64,000 bases of DNA from a virus. Made by a program: the position numbers and the translations under genes. The DNA lies in IMG/VR virus record IMGVR_UViG_3300020172_002676, positions 39,805-103,804 of that record, one strand, 5' to 3'. Position 1 is the stretch's first letter. Each line of letters begins with the position of its first letter. Shown here in pieces: positions 38,631-49,067 of this stretch. The notes beneath the pieces are model-generated. The model searched no databases. It had not been told where the DNA came from and saw only the letters and a program-made list of their open reading frames with translations.

Positions 38631-39787
38631 GAATTGGAATAATAGGTGATAGTGGATTAATTGGATTATCGTTCGCATTATTATGTGAAAAAAATGGATA
38701 TGAAGTAACTATATCAGACTCAAATGAAGATTATGTGTTTAATCTTAATCATAAAGTTTGTTTATCAAATGAACCAATGATTCAGTCTATGTTATTTGAC
38801 ACCATTAAATTTAGTGCAACAACAGATAATTTAGAGTTAATTAAAAATTCGGATATGATTTTTACATTTGTTTCTACCCCATCATCAATTACGGAAAATT
38901 TGGATACCACAAATGTTTTTGAAATTATAAATAATTTTTATAGTGCATCGTCATTAGATATTCCAATCTACGATAAAAAATTTATTGTTGGTAGTGTGAC
39001 AAATCCTGGTGATGTTGAACAAATTCAACAGAGATTGGAAATGTTTAACGTACAGGTTGCGTATGTTCCTGAATTTACATCCCCAGGAGAAATTGTTAAA
39101 AATTTCCAACAATCAGAAGTTATTCTAATAGGTACTGAACATCAAGAACTATCAAACCAATTAATTACTTTGTACACAAAAATTCAAACAACTCAATTAA
39201 ATGTGTATACTATGTCAATTAAATCGGCAGAATTAACAAAACTTGCCATTAGTGGTTTAATTGCAACTAAAATAACTTATGGAAATATGTTAGGTGAGGT
39301 TATGGTTAATTTGGGGTTAGAAAATGAAATTGGTGTTGTATTATCTGTATTATGTGGGGGTTCTAAAACCGATAGAAATCATATTAAGTATGGTTTTGGT
39401 TTCGGAGGACAATCACTACCAAAAGAAAATAGAATTTTTAGTAATTTCATTAATAAACTTGGAATAGAGATTAATATACCTTCTAAAATGGATAATTTTA
39501 ATAGAGAACATTCTATCTTTTTAAAGAATTTTTTTACTAAAAATAATCCAGACAAATCAATACCATTTGTTATGAATCACCTAACATATAAAAAAGGTGT
39601 TAATGTTATGGAGGAATCCCAACAATTCCAATTATGTATTGATTTATTAAATGATGGATATATGTTACATATTATTGAATCAGATGAGATTACCAAAAAA
39701 TTAAGTTCATTAAGCGAATCATACGATAATAGACTTAAGTTTTTTAAACAAGGAACAACCCCTCAAGGATACCAAATTAATTTATAA
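38627..39787 (+). CDS. UDP-glucose/GDP-mannose 6-dehydrogenase homolog, catalytically degenerate
   Basis: PEF, SAELTK, YGFGFGG fold motifs; catalytic Cys replaced (GGQSLPKE). Confidence 0.75.
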   Translation: MRIGIIGDSGLIGLSFALLCEKNGYEVTISDSNEDYVFNLNHKVCLSNEPMIQSMLFDTIKFSATTDNLELIKNSDMIFTFVSTPSSITENLDTTNVFEIINNFYSASSLDIPIYDKKFIVGSVTNPGDVEQIQQRLEMFNVQVAYVPEFTSPGEIVKNFQQSEVILIGTEHQELSNQLITLYTKIQTTQLNVYTMSIKSAELTKLAISGLIATKITYGNMLGEVMVNLGLENEIGVVLSVLCGGSKTDRNHIKYGFGFGGQSLPKENRIFSNFINKLGIEINIPSKMDNFNREHSIFLKNFFTKNNPDKSIPFVMNHLTYKKGVNVMEESQQFQLCIDLLNDGYMLHIIESDEITKKLSSLSESYDNRLKFFKQGTTPQGYQINL

Positions 39788-40452
39788 TGAAACTACTAAT
39801 CAAATTCCCGACAAGAAGTCGTAAAAATAAATTCTTCAAAGTACTCAGACAATATCAAAATATGTGTGAAGATTTAGATAATACTCATTTTTTAATCACG
39901 TTGGATAATGACGATGAAAGTATGAACCCATTAGATGTTGAAGATATTTTTAATACATTTAAAAATATTAAAGTAATTTATGGTAATAGTGATTCTAAAA
40001 TACATGCGGTTAATAGAGATATTGAATTAGTTAATGAATGGGATATTGTACTACTAGCATCTGACGATATGACACCAAAAGTTAAAGGATATGATAATAT
40101 TATTCGTAATAAAATGAAAGAATTTTATCCCGACACCGATGGTATTTTATGGTTTAATGATGGTCATATGGGAAATAAATTAAATACCCTATCAATTCTT
40201 GGTAAAAAATATTATGACAGATTTGGATACATTTATCATCCAGAATATAAATCAGTTTGGTCTGATAATGAATTTATGATGGTAGGTAATCTACTTGGAA
40301 AACAAACCTATTTTGACGAAGTTATTATTGAGCACGAACATCCTGATTGGGGATATGGTGGTAGAGATGATATTCATCAAATCAACTCAAAGAATGAGAG
40401 TCACGATAGACTACTTTTCACGAAAAGAAAGGAAAATAATTTTTATCTATGA
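39787..40452 (+). CDS. GT-A glycosyltransferase
   Basis: PTRSR, D.DD, ASDDM, HEHP. Confidence 0.7.
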   Translation: MKLLIKFPTRSRKNKFFKVLRQYQNMCEDLDNTHFLITLDNDDESMNPLDVEDIFNTFKNIKVIYGNSDSKIHAVNRDIELVNEWDIVLLASDDMTPKVKGYDNIIRNKMKEFYPDTDGILWFNDGHMGNKLNTLSILGKKYYDRFGYIYHPEYKSVWSDNEFMMVGNLLGKQTYFDEVIIEHEHPDWGYGGRDDIHQINSKNESHDRLLFTKRKENNFYL

Positions 40453-41102
40453 AAAAAATAATAAGTTTTTCTCTTTGGGGTAATAATCCAAAATACACTA
40501 TAGGTGCAATAAAAAATGCCGAGTTGGCAAAAACAATATATCCTGATTGGATATGTAGATTTTATTGTGGTAAATCAGTTCCATCTGATATTATTGAAAA
40601 ATTAAAAACATATAACAATGTTGAAATAATTGAAATGGAAGAAAATGGTGATTGGAATGGGATGTTTTGGAGGTTCTATGCGTGTGAAGATGCTGATATA
40701 ATGATATCAAGAGACACCGACTCAAGGTTAAGTGTTAGGGAAAAATCTGCCGTGGATGAATGGTTGAATTCTGATAAAGATTTTCATATAATGAGAGACC
40801 ACCCATATCATAATGTTTTGATTTTAGGTGGAATGTGGGGAGTAAGAAATGGTATATTAAAAAATATCATTCCCATAATTAATGACTATAATAAAGGTAA
40901 TTTTTGGCAAGTAGACCAAAATTTCTTAAGAGAAAAAATTTATCCGATTATTAAAGATATATCATTTATTCATGATGAATTTATGAAATTTGAAAATTGG
41001 TGTGGGTTATTTCCGACTGAAAGGAATAATAAAGAATTTATTGGTGATGTTTTTGATGAAAATGATATTCGTCACCCTGATTATTATAAATTTATACCAT
41101 GA
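40449..41102 (+). CDS. Putative glycosyltransferase
   Basis: SFSLWG, MFWRF, RDTDSR, MRDHP.H, GGMWG, DQ.FL. Confidence 0.55.
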   Translation: MKKIISFSLWGNNPKYTIGAIKNAELAKTIYPDWICRFYCGKSVPSDIIEKLKTYNNVEIIEMEENGDWNGMFWRFYACEDADIMISRDTDSRLSVREKSAVDEWLNSDKDFHIMRDHPYHNVLILGGMWGVRNGILKNIIPIINDYNKGNFWQVDQNFLREKIYPIIKDISFIHDEFMKFENWCGLFPTERNNKEFIGDVFDENDIRHPDYYKFIP

Positions 41103-41764
41103 AAACAAAATACGATTTAACTGTTTTAATTTGTGTTTACAGTGTAAATGATTATTATGACTCATTATTGATAAAATCTTTAAAGTCATTAGAAAATCAA
41201 ACTTATAAAAATTTTAAAACTTTAATTATTTTAGATGAATGTTGGGATAAAACTAAAAAAATGATAATTGATACCAACTTTGATTTGGATATTGAAATCC
41301 AAGAAAAGTCAAATAAAAGTGGTTTGGGTGATGCTAAAAATTTTGGGTTGTCATTTATTGAAACTGATTTAGTCGCATTTTTAGATGGTGATGATTTATA
41401 TTGTTACGATAAATTAGAAAAACAAATTTTGTTTTTAAAGAATGATAATAGTGTTGATTTTTTATCAACTCAAAGTTGGACCATTAACCGAAATGATGAA
41501 AAGAATTTAATTGAAAGTTGTTTTTTATTAGGAACTAATGAAACTCACGATGAAATCTCAAAAAAAATTTATCAGGAAAATATGATAACACATGGTTCTA
41601 TAATGATAAAAAAAAGATGTTTAGATGAATTAGGGGGATATAGAAACATAAAAGGTGTAGAAGATTGGGATTTATGGAAAAGAGCTATTGAAACGGGGTT
41701 TAAATTCCATCAAATACAAGAGAGATTATACATATACAGAATAGGTACAAGTAATATAAGGTAA
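41099..41764 (+). CDS. GT2 glycosyltransferase
   Basis: AFLDGDD, EDWDLW.R. Confidence 0.85.
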   Translation: MKTKYDLTVLICVYSVNDYYDSLLIKSLKSLENQTYKNFKTLIILDECWDKTKKMIIDTNFDLDIEIQEKSNKSGLGDAKNFGLSFIETDLVAFLDGDDLYCYDKLEKQILFLKNDNSVDFLSTQSWTINRNDEKNLIESCFLLGTNETHDEISKKIYQENMITHGSIMIKKRCLDELGGYRNIKGVEDWDLWKRAIETGFKFHQIQERLYIYRIGTSNIR

Positions 41765-41772
41765 TTAAATAT

Positions 41773-42585
41773 ATGAATTCTATAACAACTAACCACATGG
41801 GTGGATTATGTAATGTGATGTTTAAATTGGCTGCATCAATTAGTTTGGCATTAGATAATAACGTTGATTTTATTTTTTCAAACGAGTTTTTAAGACCAAT
41901 TAGTACTGAGTGTCCAAAACCAGGATTTGACCCTGATTATAGTGTTTATAATGATAATCTATTACGTAATATAACTTTTATTGAGAAGTTACCACCATTC
42001 TATAGAATACATAAAGAACCTAAAACTTTTAATTATAAACACATAAACTATAACATAGGTGAAAATTTATTACTTGAAGGATATTTTCAAAGTGAAAAAT
42101 ACTTCATAAATAATAAAGATTATGTTGTTAATCTTTTTAAACCAACCGAAAATATTAAACAAATAATATTGGAAAAATTACCAAATGTTCAAAATTCAAT
42201 TTCAATTCATATTAGAAGGGGTGATTATTTGACATCCCCTAATTATCATCCACAACAATCTCCTGAATATTACATGTCGGCAATTGATTTACTTGGAATA
42301 GATAGAAATTATTTAATATTCAGTGATGATTTAAATGGTGTTAAAAGTATGTTTGATTTCTTACCAAATAAACAATTTGTTAGTTTAGGTAAAGATTACT
42401 TAGAATTATATACGATGAGTATGTGTGAACACAACATAATATGTAACAGTACTTTTGGTTGGTGGGGTGCTTACCTAAATGAAAATAAGAATAAAAAAGT
42501 GATTGGTCCTAATAACTGGTTTGGACCTGCATCATCACATTTGGATTCTTCAGATATAATACCAAATGATTGGATTAAAATTTAA
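41773..42585 (+). CDS. GT11 alpha-1,2-fucosyltransferase-like
   Basis: GGL.N.MF, GYFQSEKYF, HIRRGDY, FSDD, NSTFGWWGAYL. Confidence 0.9.
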   Translation: MNSITTNHMGGLCNVMFKLAASISLALDNNVDFIFSNEFLRPISTECPKPGFDPDYSVYNDNLLRNITFIEKLPPFYRIHKEPKTFNYKHINYNIGENLLLEGYFQSEKYFINNKDYVVNLFKPTENIKQIILEKLPNVQNSISIHIRRGDYLTSPNYHPQQSPEYYMSAIDLLGIDRNYLIFSDDLNGVKSMFDFLPNKQFVSLGKDYLELYTMSMCEHNIICNSTFGWWGAYLNENKNKKVIGPNNWFGPASSHLDSSDIIPNDWIKI

Positions 42586-42588
42586 CTA

Positions 42589-43002
42589 ATGAAAAAAATA
42601 TATTCTAAAATTGACAAAACAAAACTATTACACTTGATAGTTAAAAAAGATGAAATAAATCCTGGCAGAGAAGATTTAGTAAGTGGAGAAAACTTTATTC
42701 AATGTTCAAGATTAAATTTAACAAAAGGTACGACATTCAAACCTCATAAACATATTTGGAAAGAAAGAACACAAAATGTAATTGCTCAAGAAAGTTGGGT
42801 GGTAATACAAGGTAGTGTTAAATGTATTTTTTATGATATTAACGACTCTATATTAACAACTGAAATTTTAAATGTTGGGGATGCGTCATTTACATTAGAA
42901 GGTGGTCATAATTACGAAATTTTAGAAGATAATACATTAGTATACGAATATAAAACAGGTCCATATGAAGGACAAGAATTTGATAAAACTTTTATTTTAT
43001 GA
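42589..43002 (+). CDS. Cupin (WbuC-like) protein
   Basis: PHKH, QE, GGH, E.K.GPY. Confidence 0.7.
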   Translation: MKKIYSKIDKTKLLHLIVKKDEINPGREDLVSGENFIQCSRLNLTKGTTFKPHKHIWKERTQNVIAQESWVVIQGSVKCIFYDINDSILTTEILNVGDASFTLEGGHNYEILEDNTLVYEYKTGPYEGQEFDKTFIL

Positions 43003-43625
43003 GACAAGATATTACAAGTTTAAATAGATGGTTTGCTGATAATGGAGATTATACTCATAATATAAATTACGAATTAAATGATAACTCAGTTGTTATTGAT
43101 TTAGGTGGATATCATGGGTTATGGATTGACGAAATTTTAAAAAAAAATAGTCCACATATTCCTAATATAATCTTAGTTGAACCAGTTCCTGAATTTTACA
43201 ATCATTTAATTTCAAAATATGAAAATTATGAAAAAATAAAAGTAATGAATATTGGTGTGTCAGTAGATAAAAATGAAACAACAAAAACTCTATACGTATC
43301 AAGTGACGGTTCATCAACAAATTTTAATACAAATGTTAACACATCAATTCAAATTAAAACCTTACCTATTGACAAAATACTTTCAGACAATTACATTAAT
43401 GAAGTGGATTTACTTCAAATTAATATTGAGGGTGATGAATATGGATTAATGGAGTACATGATTGAAAGTAATATAATTAACAAGTTTAAAAATATACAAA
43501 TACAATTTCATTTAGGGGTTCCAAATGAAATAGAAAGAAGAAATAATATCCAAAAAAACTTAATATCTAAAGGTTTTAAAAACAAATTTGATTATCCTTT
43601 TGTTTGGGAATCATGGGAAAAATAA
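42999..43625 (+). CDS. FkbM-family methyltransferase
   Basis: IDLGGY.G, EP, INIEG.EY, QIQFH. Confidence 0.8.
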   Translation: MRQDITSLNRWFADNGDYTHNINYELNDNSVVIDLGGYHGLWIDEILKKNSPHIPNIILVEPVPEFYNHLISKYENYEKIKVMNIGVSVDKNETTKTLYVSSDGSSTNFNTNVNTSIQIKTLPIDKILSDNYINEVDLLQINIEGDEYGLMEYMIESNIINKFKNIQIQFHLGVPNEIERRNNIQKNLISKGFKNKFDYPFVWESWEK

Positions 43626-43634
43626 AATTTACAT

Positions 43635-44579
43635 ATGAAAAAATATAAAGTATCTATTAAGAGTAGTAGTTCTTATTTACCACCTAAGGTTGTAACTAAT
43701 TTTGATATCGCTAAAAAAATTGATACGTCTGATGAATGGATTTATAATAAATTAGGAATTAAAGAAAGAAGAATTGCGGAGAACGAAAGTGTTTCTGAAA
43801 TGGGTTATAAAGTTGCTGTTTCTGCAATATCAAATGCTAATATTGATAAAGAGGATATTGATATGATAATTGTGGCAACCTCAAGTCCTGAAAAAATATC
43901 ACCGTCAATTGCTTGTACTATTCACGAAAAATTAAAACTACAAAAAAACATACCATCATTTGATATAAATGCGGTATGTTCAGGGTTTATCTATGGTTTA
44001 ACAATCGCCGCTTCAATGATTGATAACGGTACTTGTAATAGAATATTATTAATTGCAACTGAATCATACTCTAAAAATACTAATTGGAATGATAGACACT
44101 CTGTTTTTTTTGGTGACGGTGCAGGTGCAGTTATATTGGAAAAATCTGAAAAAGGTTGGATTTATAGTGAATTACATTCAAATGGTTCGGGAACTGGAAT
44201 GACAGGATTTAAACAACCATTAAACGAACCTTTTATTATGAATGCAAAAGAGGTTTGGGACCAAGCAATATCAGTATTACCAGATTCAATCAAACAGGTT
44301 TTATTGAATACTAATACAAATATTGATGAGATTAATATGTTAGTACCTCATCAGCCAAGTATTAATATATTAAAATTAATCGCCGATGATATTAATCTAC
44401 CAATGACTAAAGTTAAAACAGTTATGGATAGGTATGGTAATATTGCGGGAGCGTCTATTCCAGTTGCATTACACGAAGCATTAACAAATAATGAAATCGT
44501 TAAAGGAGATAAAATATTGCTTACAGCTATTGGTTCAGGATGGACTTGGGGTACTATTTTAATAAACTATGAAAATTAA
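43635..44579 (+). CDS. fabH: 3-oxoacyl-ACP synthase III (FabH/KAS III)
   Basis: DTSDEWI, GI.ERR, AVCSGF (Cys), FGDGAGA, PHQ (His), YGN (Asn). Confidence 0.9.
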   Translation: MKKYKVSIKSSSSYLPPKVVTNFDIAKKIDTSDEWIYNKLGIKERRIAENESVSEMGYKVAVSAISNANIDKEDIDMIIVATSSPEKISPSIACTIHEKLKLQKNIPSFDINAVCSGFIYGLTIAASMIDNGTCNRILLIATESYSKNTNWNDRHSVFFGDGAGAVILEKSEKGWIYSELHSNGSGTGMTGFKQPLNEPFIMNAKEVWDQAISVLPDSIKQVLLNTNTNIDEINMLVPHQPSINILKLIADDINLPMTKVKTVMDRYGNIAGASIPVALHEALTNNEIVKGDKILLTAIGSGWTWGTILINYEN

Positions 44580-44580
44580 T

Positions 44581-45120
44581 ATGGAAAATAATAAATTATT
44601 TAAAAAAATTGGTGAAGATGTTAGAGTCAATGAATTGGCAATAATATCAAGACCTGAATTGGTTGAGATTGGTAATCATGTTGCAATTGATATGTGGACT
44701 TACATCTCAACTCAAGCAATATTGGGTGATTATATTCATATTGCACCAAGTGTTTCAATTATAGGAGGAGCACCAGCATTAATCGTCATGGAAGATTTTA
44801 CCAACATTGGTTCGGGTAGTAGAATTGTATGTGCAAGTGATGATTTTATGCAAGGATTAATATCACCTGTGGTTCCATTAGAACATAGAACCGTTACCAA
44901 TAAACCAGTAATTTTTAAACGATACGCAACTTTAGGTGTAAATTGTACTGTTTTACCTGGTGTTACTTTGGGTGAGGGGTCTATAGTTGGTGCTGGGTCA
45001 GTAGTCACGAAAGATACTGAACCTTGGACTGTGTATGCTGGGTCACCAGCAAAACCAATAAAAAAAAGAGACTCAAAACGAATATTAGAAAGTGCAAAAA
45101 AACTTATGAATTATGAATAA
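44581..45120 (+). CDS. Hexapeptide-repeat sugar N/O-acyltransferase
   Basis: LPGVTLGEGSIVGAGSVVTKD...YAGSPAK; start set after fabH stop. Confidence 0.85.
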   Translation: MENNKLFKKIGEDVRVNELAIISRPELVEIGNHVAIDMWTYISTQAILGDYIHIAPSVSIIGGAPALIVMEDFTNIGSGSRIVCASDDFMQGLISPVVPLEHRTVTNKPVIFKRYATLGVNCTVLPGVTLGEGSIVGAGSVVTKDTEPWTVYAGSPAKPIKKRDSKRILESAKKLMNYE

Positions 45121-46015
45121 TTTTAAACCGTCAAACGACTCATTAGATATTCCGTGGATTGAGTCACCATTTTTTAATGAATTACTTAATAATTCAGATT
45201 TAAGTGATAAACAAAAAGAAGATTGTAAATTTTTTAATGAAAATGGTTATCTTATTATTGATTTAGAATTAACCGATAATGAAATTTCGCCAATAGTGAA
45301 TGATGTATATGGTGCATTGAATAATGAAAATACCATATACCATGCAGACCACTTTCAATATACTGAAAGTAAAAGAATTTTTGAACATTGGAGAAAAAGT
45401 GACTCTATTGCAAATTTAACTATACATCATAATATCATCAACACCCTTACTTATTTGTATGGAAAAACACCATTTCCATTTTCAACTATTAATTTTGTTA
45501 AAGGTAGTAACCAACCACTTCATAGTGATACCATACATTTTCACACAATACCACATCTTTGGATGGTTGGTGTATGGATTGCATTTGAAGATGTTGACGA
45601 AACTAATGGTACTTTAAAAATAATACCAGGAAGTCATAAATGGCCAGTATACGAATATCATAATCTTAATTTACCTCATCCTGACACTATTGAAGATGGG
45701 GAGGCACATAACTATAAAATATATGAAGATTTTTTAATTGAATTAATAAAAAGTAAAAACGCTTCTGAAAAAAATGTAAGTTTGAAAAAGGGTCAGGCAT
45801 TAATATGGGCGGCAAATATGTTACATGGGGGTTGTAATGTTGAAGGTATTACAGATTTTACTAAAACTAGATTAACTCAAGCTAACCATTATTTTTTTGA
45901 AGGGTGTTCTAAACATTACCACCCAATGTTTTCAAGACCATTAGATGGTCAATACGCACTTAAATGGTGCGATGATAATAACAATATTAAAACGTATTTA
46001 AATAATCAAAAATGA
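45113..46015 (+). CDS. PhyH-family 2OG-Fe(II) dioxygenase
   Basis: HSD, WIAFED...NG.L..IPGSH, LHGG. Confidence 0.85.
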   Translation: MNNFKPSNDSLDIPWIESPFFNELLNNSDLSDKQKEDCKFFNENGYLIIDLELTDNEISPIVNDVYGALNNENTIYHADHFQYTESKRIFEHWRKSDSIANLTIHHNIINTLTYLYGKTPFPFSTINFVKGSNQPLHSDTIHFHTIPHLWMVGVWIAFEDVDETNGTLKIIPGSHKWPVYEYHNLNLPHPDTIEDGEAHNYKIYEDFLIELIKSKNASEKNVSLKKGQALIWAANMLHGGCNVEGITDFTKTRLTQANHYFFEGCSKHYHPMFSRPLDGQYALKWCDDNNNIKTYLNNQK

Positions 46016-46611
46016 ATTTTAATGTAGTTTCAACTTTTGAAATAAAAATTTCTGAGTTTTTTGGTTCAAAGTATGCAATTGCTGTTGATAGTTGTACTCA
46101 TGGTTTAGAATTGTGTTTACGATATACTAAAGAAACAAAAATTAATATACCTAAAAGAACTTATTTGTCTGTTCCATTTTTGGCGGAAAAAATAGGGTTA
46201 CAAAGAGAATGGAGAGATGAGGATTGGGAAGATTATTATACTCTTAATTACGGTAATAAAAGAATAATTGATGCTGCAGTACTATGGAGAAAAAATAGTT
46301 ATATCCCCAATACATTTATGTGTATTAGTTTTCAATATCAAAAACATCTTTCATTAGGTAGAGGTGGTGTTATTTTACTTGATAATGAAATAGATTATCT
46401 TTCATTAAAAAAAATGTCTTACGATGGAAGATTACCTAATATACCTTGGAGAGACCAAGATATAGATACAGTCGGTTTCCATTATTATATGACACCAGAA
46501 ACAGCTCAATTAGGATTAGATAAATTAGAGTTGGCGATAGATACACAACCAAGAAAATGGGTTGTTACCGATTGGCCCGATTTAACAGAAATGAAAATTT
46601 TTAACAAATAA
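46012..46611 (+). CDS. DegT/DnrJ/PerA-family aminotransferase, unusually short
   Basis: AVDSCT, DAA, SFQYQKHL..GRGG (PLP Lys), G.HY.M; only 199 aa. Confidence 0.75.
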   Translation: MNFNVVSTFEIKISEFFGSKYAIAVDSCTHGLELCLRYTKETKINIPKRTYLSVPFLAEKIGLQREWRDEDWEDYYTLNYGNKRIIDAAVLWRKNSYIPNTFMCISFQYQKHLSLGRGGVILLDNEIDYLSLKKMSYDGRLPNIPWRDQDIDTVGFHYYMTPETAQLGLDKLELAIDTQPRKWVVTDWPDLTEMKIFNK

Positions 46612-46612
46612 T

Positions 46613-47611
46613 ATGAAAAAAGCATTTATAACAGGAATCAATGGACAAGATGGTTCATATTTAACAGAACATTTATTGTCACTTGGGTATGAGGTTCATG
46701 GGATTGTTAGACGAAATTCAGTTCCCGAACATCAACAAAGCCGTATCGAGTCAATTAAAGATAAAATACACGTCTATTATGGAGACGTATTAGACCAATC
46801 TGGGTTACAAAGATTATTAGATAATATACAACCTGATGAAATATATAACTTAGCGGCTCAAAGTCACGTTAGAATTAGTTTTGATGTTCCAGAATTTACA
46901 TTACAAACAAATTCAAATGGTGTTTTAAATATATTAGAAGCATATAAAAGAAGTTGTCCAACCGCTAAATTTTACCAAGCATCATCGTCAGAAATGTTCG
47001 GTAATTCAGTTGATGATGACGGTTTCCAAAGAGAAACAACACCGATGACACCAGTGTCTCCATATGGTTGTTCAAAATTATGTGGTTATTCTTTAGTTAG
47101 AAATTATAGGAAGGCATATAATTTACATGCGGTTAATGGAATATTATTTAATCATGAATCTCCAAGACGAGGTTCTAATTTTGTTACAAATAAAGTAATT
47201 AAAACCGCTGTGGAGATTAAACATGGATTAAAGGACAAGTTGGTCGTTGGTAATATGGACTCCTATAGAGATTGGGGTCATTCTAAAGATTATGTTAAAG
47301 CGATGCATCTAGTCTTAAATCATGACACACCAGATGATTTTGTCATTTCAACAATGAAAACACATTCAGTGAGAGAAATGATTGATTATGTTTTCACAAA
47401 ATTAGGTTTAGATTACACAAAATACGTAGTACAGGATAAAGAGTTTATGAGACCTGAAGAATTAAAATACCTTAAAGGTGATTCCACAAAGGCTAGAAAT
47501 TTATTTGGGTGGGAACCTGAATACACTTTTGAAAATTTAATGGATGAAATGATTGAACATTGGGAAGAACAGGTTAGAATAAATAAAATGATAATAGGCG
47601 GAAAATATTAA
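46613..47611 (+). CDS. gmd: GDP-mannose 4,6-dehydratase
   Basis: ITGINGQDGSYL, LAAQSHV, QASSSE, SPYGCSK, FNHESPRRG, RDWG. Confidence 0.96.
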   Translation: MKKAFITGINGQDGSYLTEHLLSLGYEVHGIVRRNSVPEHQQSRIESIKDKIHVYYGDVLDQSGLQRLLDNIQPDEIYNLAAQSHVRISFDVPEFTLQTNSNGVLNILEAYKRSCPTAKFYQASSSEMFGNSVDDDGFQRETTPMTPVSPYGCSKLCGYSLVRNYRKAYNLHAVNGILFNHESPRRGSNFVTNKVIKTAVEIKHGLKDKLVVGNMDSYRDWGHSKDYVKAMHLVLNHDTPDDFVISTMKTHSVREMIDYVFTKLGLDYTKYVVQDKEFMRPEELKYLKGDSTKARNLFGWEPEYTFENLMDEMIEHWEEQVRINKMIIGGKY

Positions 47612-47613
47612 AA

Positions 47614-48183
47614 ATGATGAATATAGTACAATTAGGTTCTTGTGTTGGAAATGACGATTTAACGAAATTGATTGGAGAATCTCAACCTGAGATTTTAATT
47701 TTGGTTGAGCCGATGTCAATACACAATGAAAAAATTACAGAATGTTATAATAACATCACAAATAAACATATTGAAAACATTGCAGTTTCAATTAACAATG
47801 AAGAAGATATGTCATTCTTCTATCATAAAAATGATGGACCAATGTATGAAGTTGCTTCAACAAATATAAGTCACATCACAAAACATGGGTACAATACAGA
47901 TGGTATTGTAGAATTAAAAGTTAAATGCTTAAGGATTAATAATCTTTTTGAAAAATTCAATTTAAAAAAAATTGACATACTTTTTATTGATACTGAAGGT
48001 ATTGACGATTTAATCATTAAAGACATTGATTTTAATTCTTTTGAAATTAGTGAAATATATTTTGAAAATCTTCATTTAACCCAAAACGACATATATTCTT
48101 TTTTAGAAAACAAAGGATATACCATTATTAAGAATTGGGGTTATATGGGTTGGACATCTTTTGCAAAAAAAAATAATAACTAA
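47614..48183 (+). CDS. FkbM-family methyltransferase
   Basis: VQLGS..G.D, LVEP, IDTEG.D. Confidence 0.75.
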   Translation: MMNIVQLGSCVGNDDLTKLIGESQPEILILVEPMSIHNEKITECYNNITNKHIENIAVSINNEEDMSFFYHKNDGPMYEVASTNISHITKHGYNTDGIVELKVKCLRINNLFEKFNLKKIDILFIDTEGIDDLIIKDIDFNSFEISEIYFENLHLTQNDIYSFLENKGYTIIKNWGYMGWTSFAKKNNN

Positions 48184-48185
48184 AT

Positions 48186-49046
48186 ATGAAAATATTAATC
48201 ATTCAAGAAAACGGAAGACACGTTGAAAATAGAAAATACCGAGAATGTTTTAATTTACAGAGAGCCCTATTACGGAAAAATGTGGATGTTGTTGTTTGGG
48301 GATTGGGTCATGAAAACTTTAAAACACCATTTCAACAAATAATAAATGATGTTAATGTTATTATTCTTTTAGAAAATTATGAATCAAATGGATGGTTACC
48401 TGACTTAAGTGATGTTAATATATTAAAAATATTTTGGAGTATTGACTCTCATTTGGTATTGATGAACCATATAACAACTGTCACAAAAAATAAAATTGAT
48501 ATAGTCCTTAATTCTATTGAATCCCATCAAGGTAGTTTTAAACAATCAAAAACTTTTTATTTTCCAAATGCATACCCTTCGGATTTAATATCACCAATTG
48601 ATAATATTAATAAAGACGTATTTTTGGGGTTCTGTGGTTCATTACTTAATCGCTCATATATTCTAAGTAAGTTAGAAAACAAATTTAAATTAAAAAAAGA
48701 TATTTGGAAATTGGGTGATGAAATGGTTGAAACAATAAATGGGTATAAAATACATTTTAATCAGACATTATCAAACGATATCAATTATCGGGTTTTTGAA
48801 ACTATGGGATGTAATACTTTGATGTTAACCAACAATACAGAGAATATTAACACATTTTTCTCGGATATGGAAAATATAGTCATATATAATAATGAAAATG
48901 ATTTATTTGAAAAACTAAAATTACTCTCACTTAATAATGATTTAATCACTAAAATTAGTAATTCGGGATACAACTTAGTTAAAGATAAACACACATATGA
49001 TAATCGTGTTGATGTTTTACTTAACATAATAAACAATTATATTTAA
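48186..49046 (+). CDS. GT-B glycosyltransferase (CgeB/Glyco_trans_1_2-like)
   Basis: YKIHFN, INYRVFE..G, HTY.NR. Confidence 0.75.
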   Translation: MKILIIQENGRHVENRKYRECFNLQRALLRKNVDVVVWGLGHENFKTPFQQIINDVNVIILLENYESNGWLPDLSDVNILKIFWSIDSHLVLMNHITTVTKNKIDIVLNSIESHQGSFKQSKTFYFPNAYPSDLISPIDNINKDVFLGFCGSLLNRSYILSKLENKFKLKKDIWKLGDEMVETINGYKIHFNQTLSNDINYRVFETMGCNTLMLTNNTENINTFFSDMENIVIYNNENDLFEKLKLLSLNNDLITKISNSGYNLVKDKHTYDNRVDVLLNIINNYI

Positions 49047-49067
49047 ACCAATAATTAAAATAAAACT

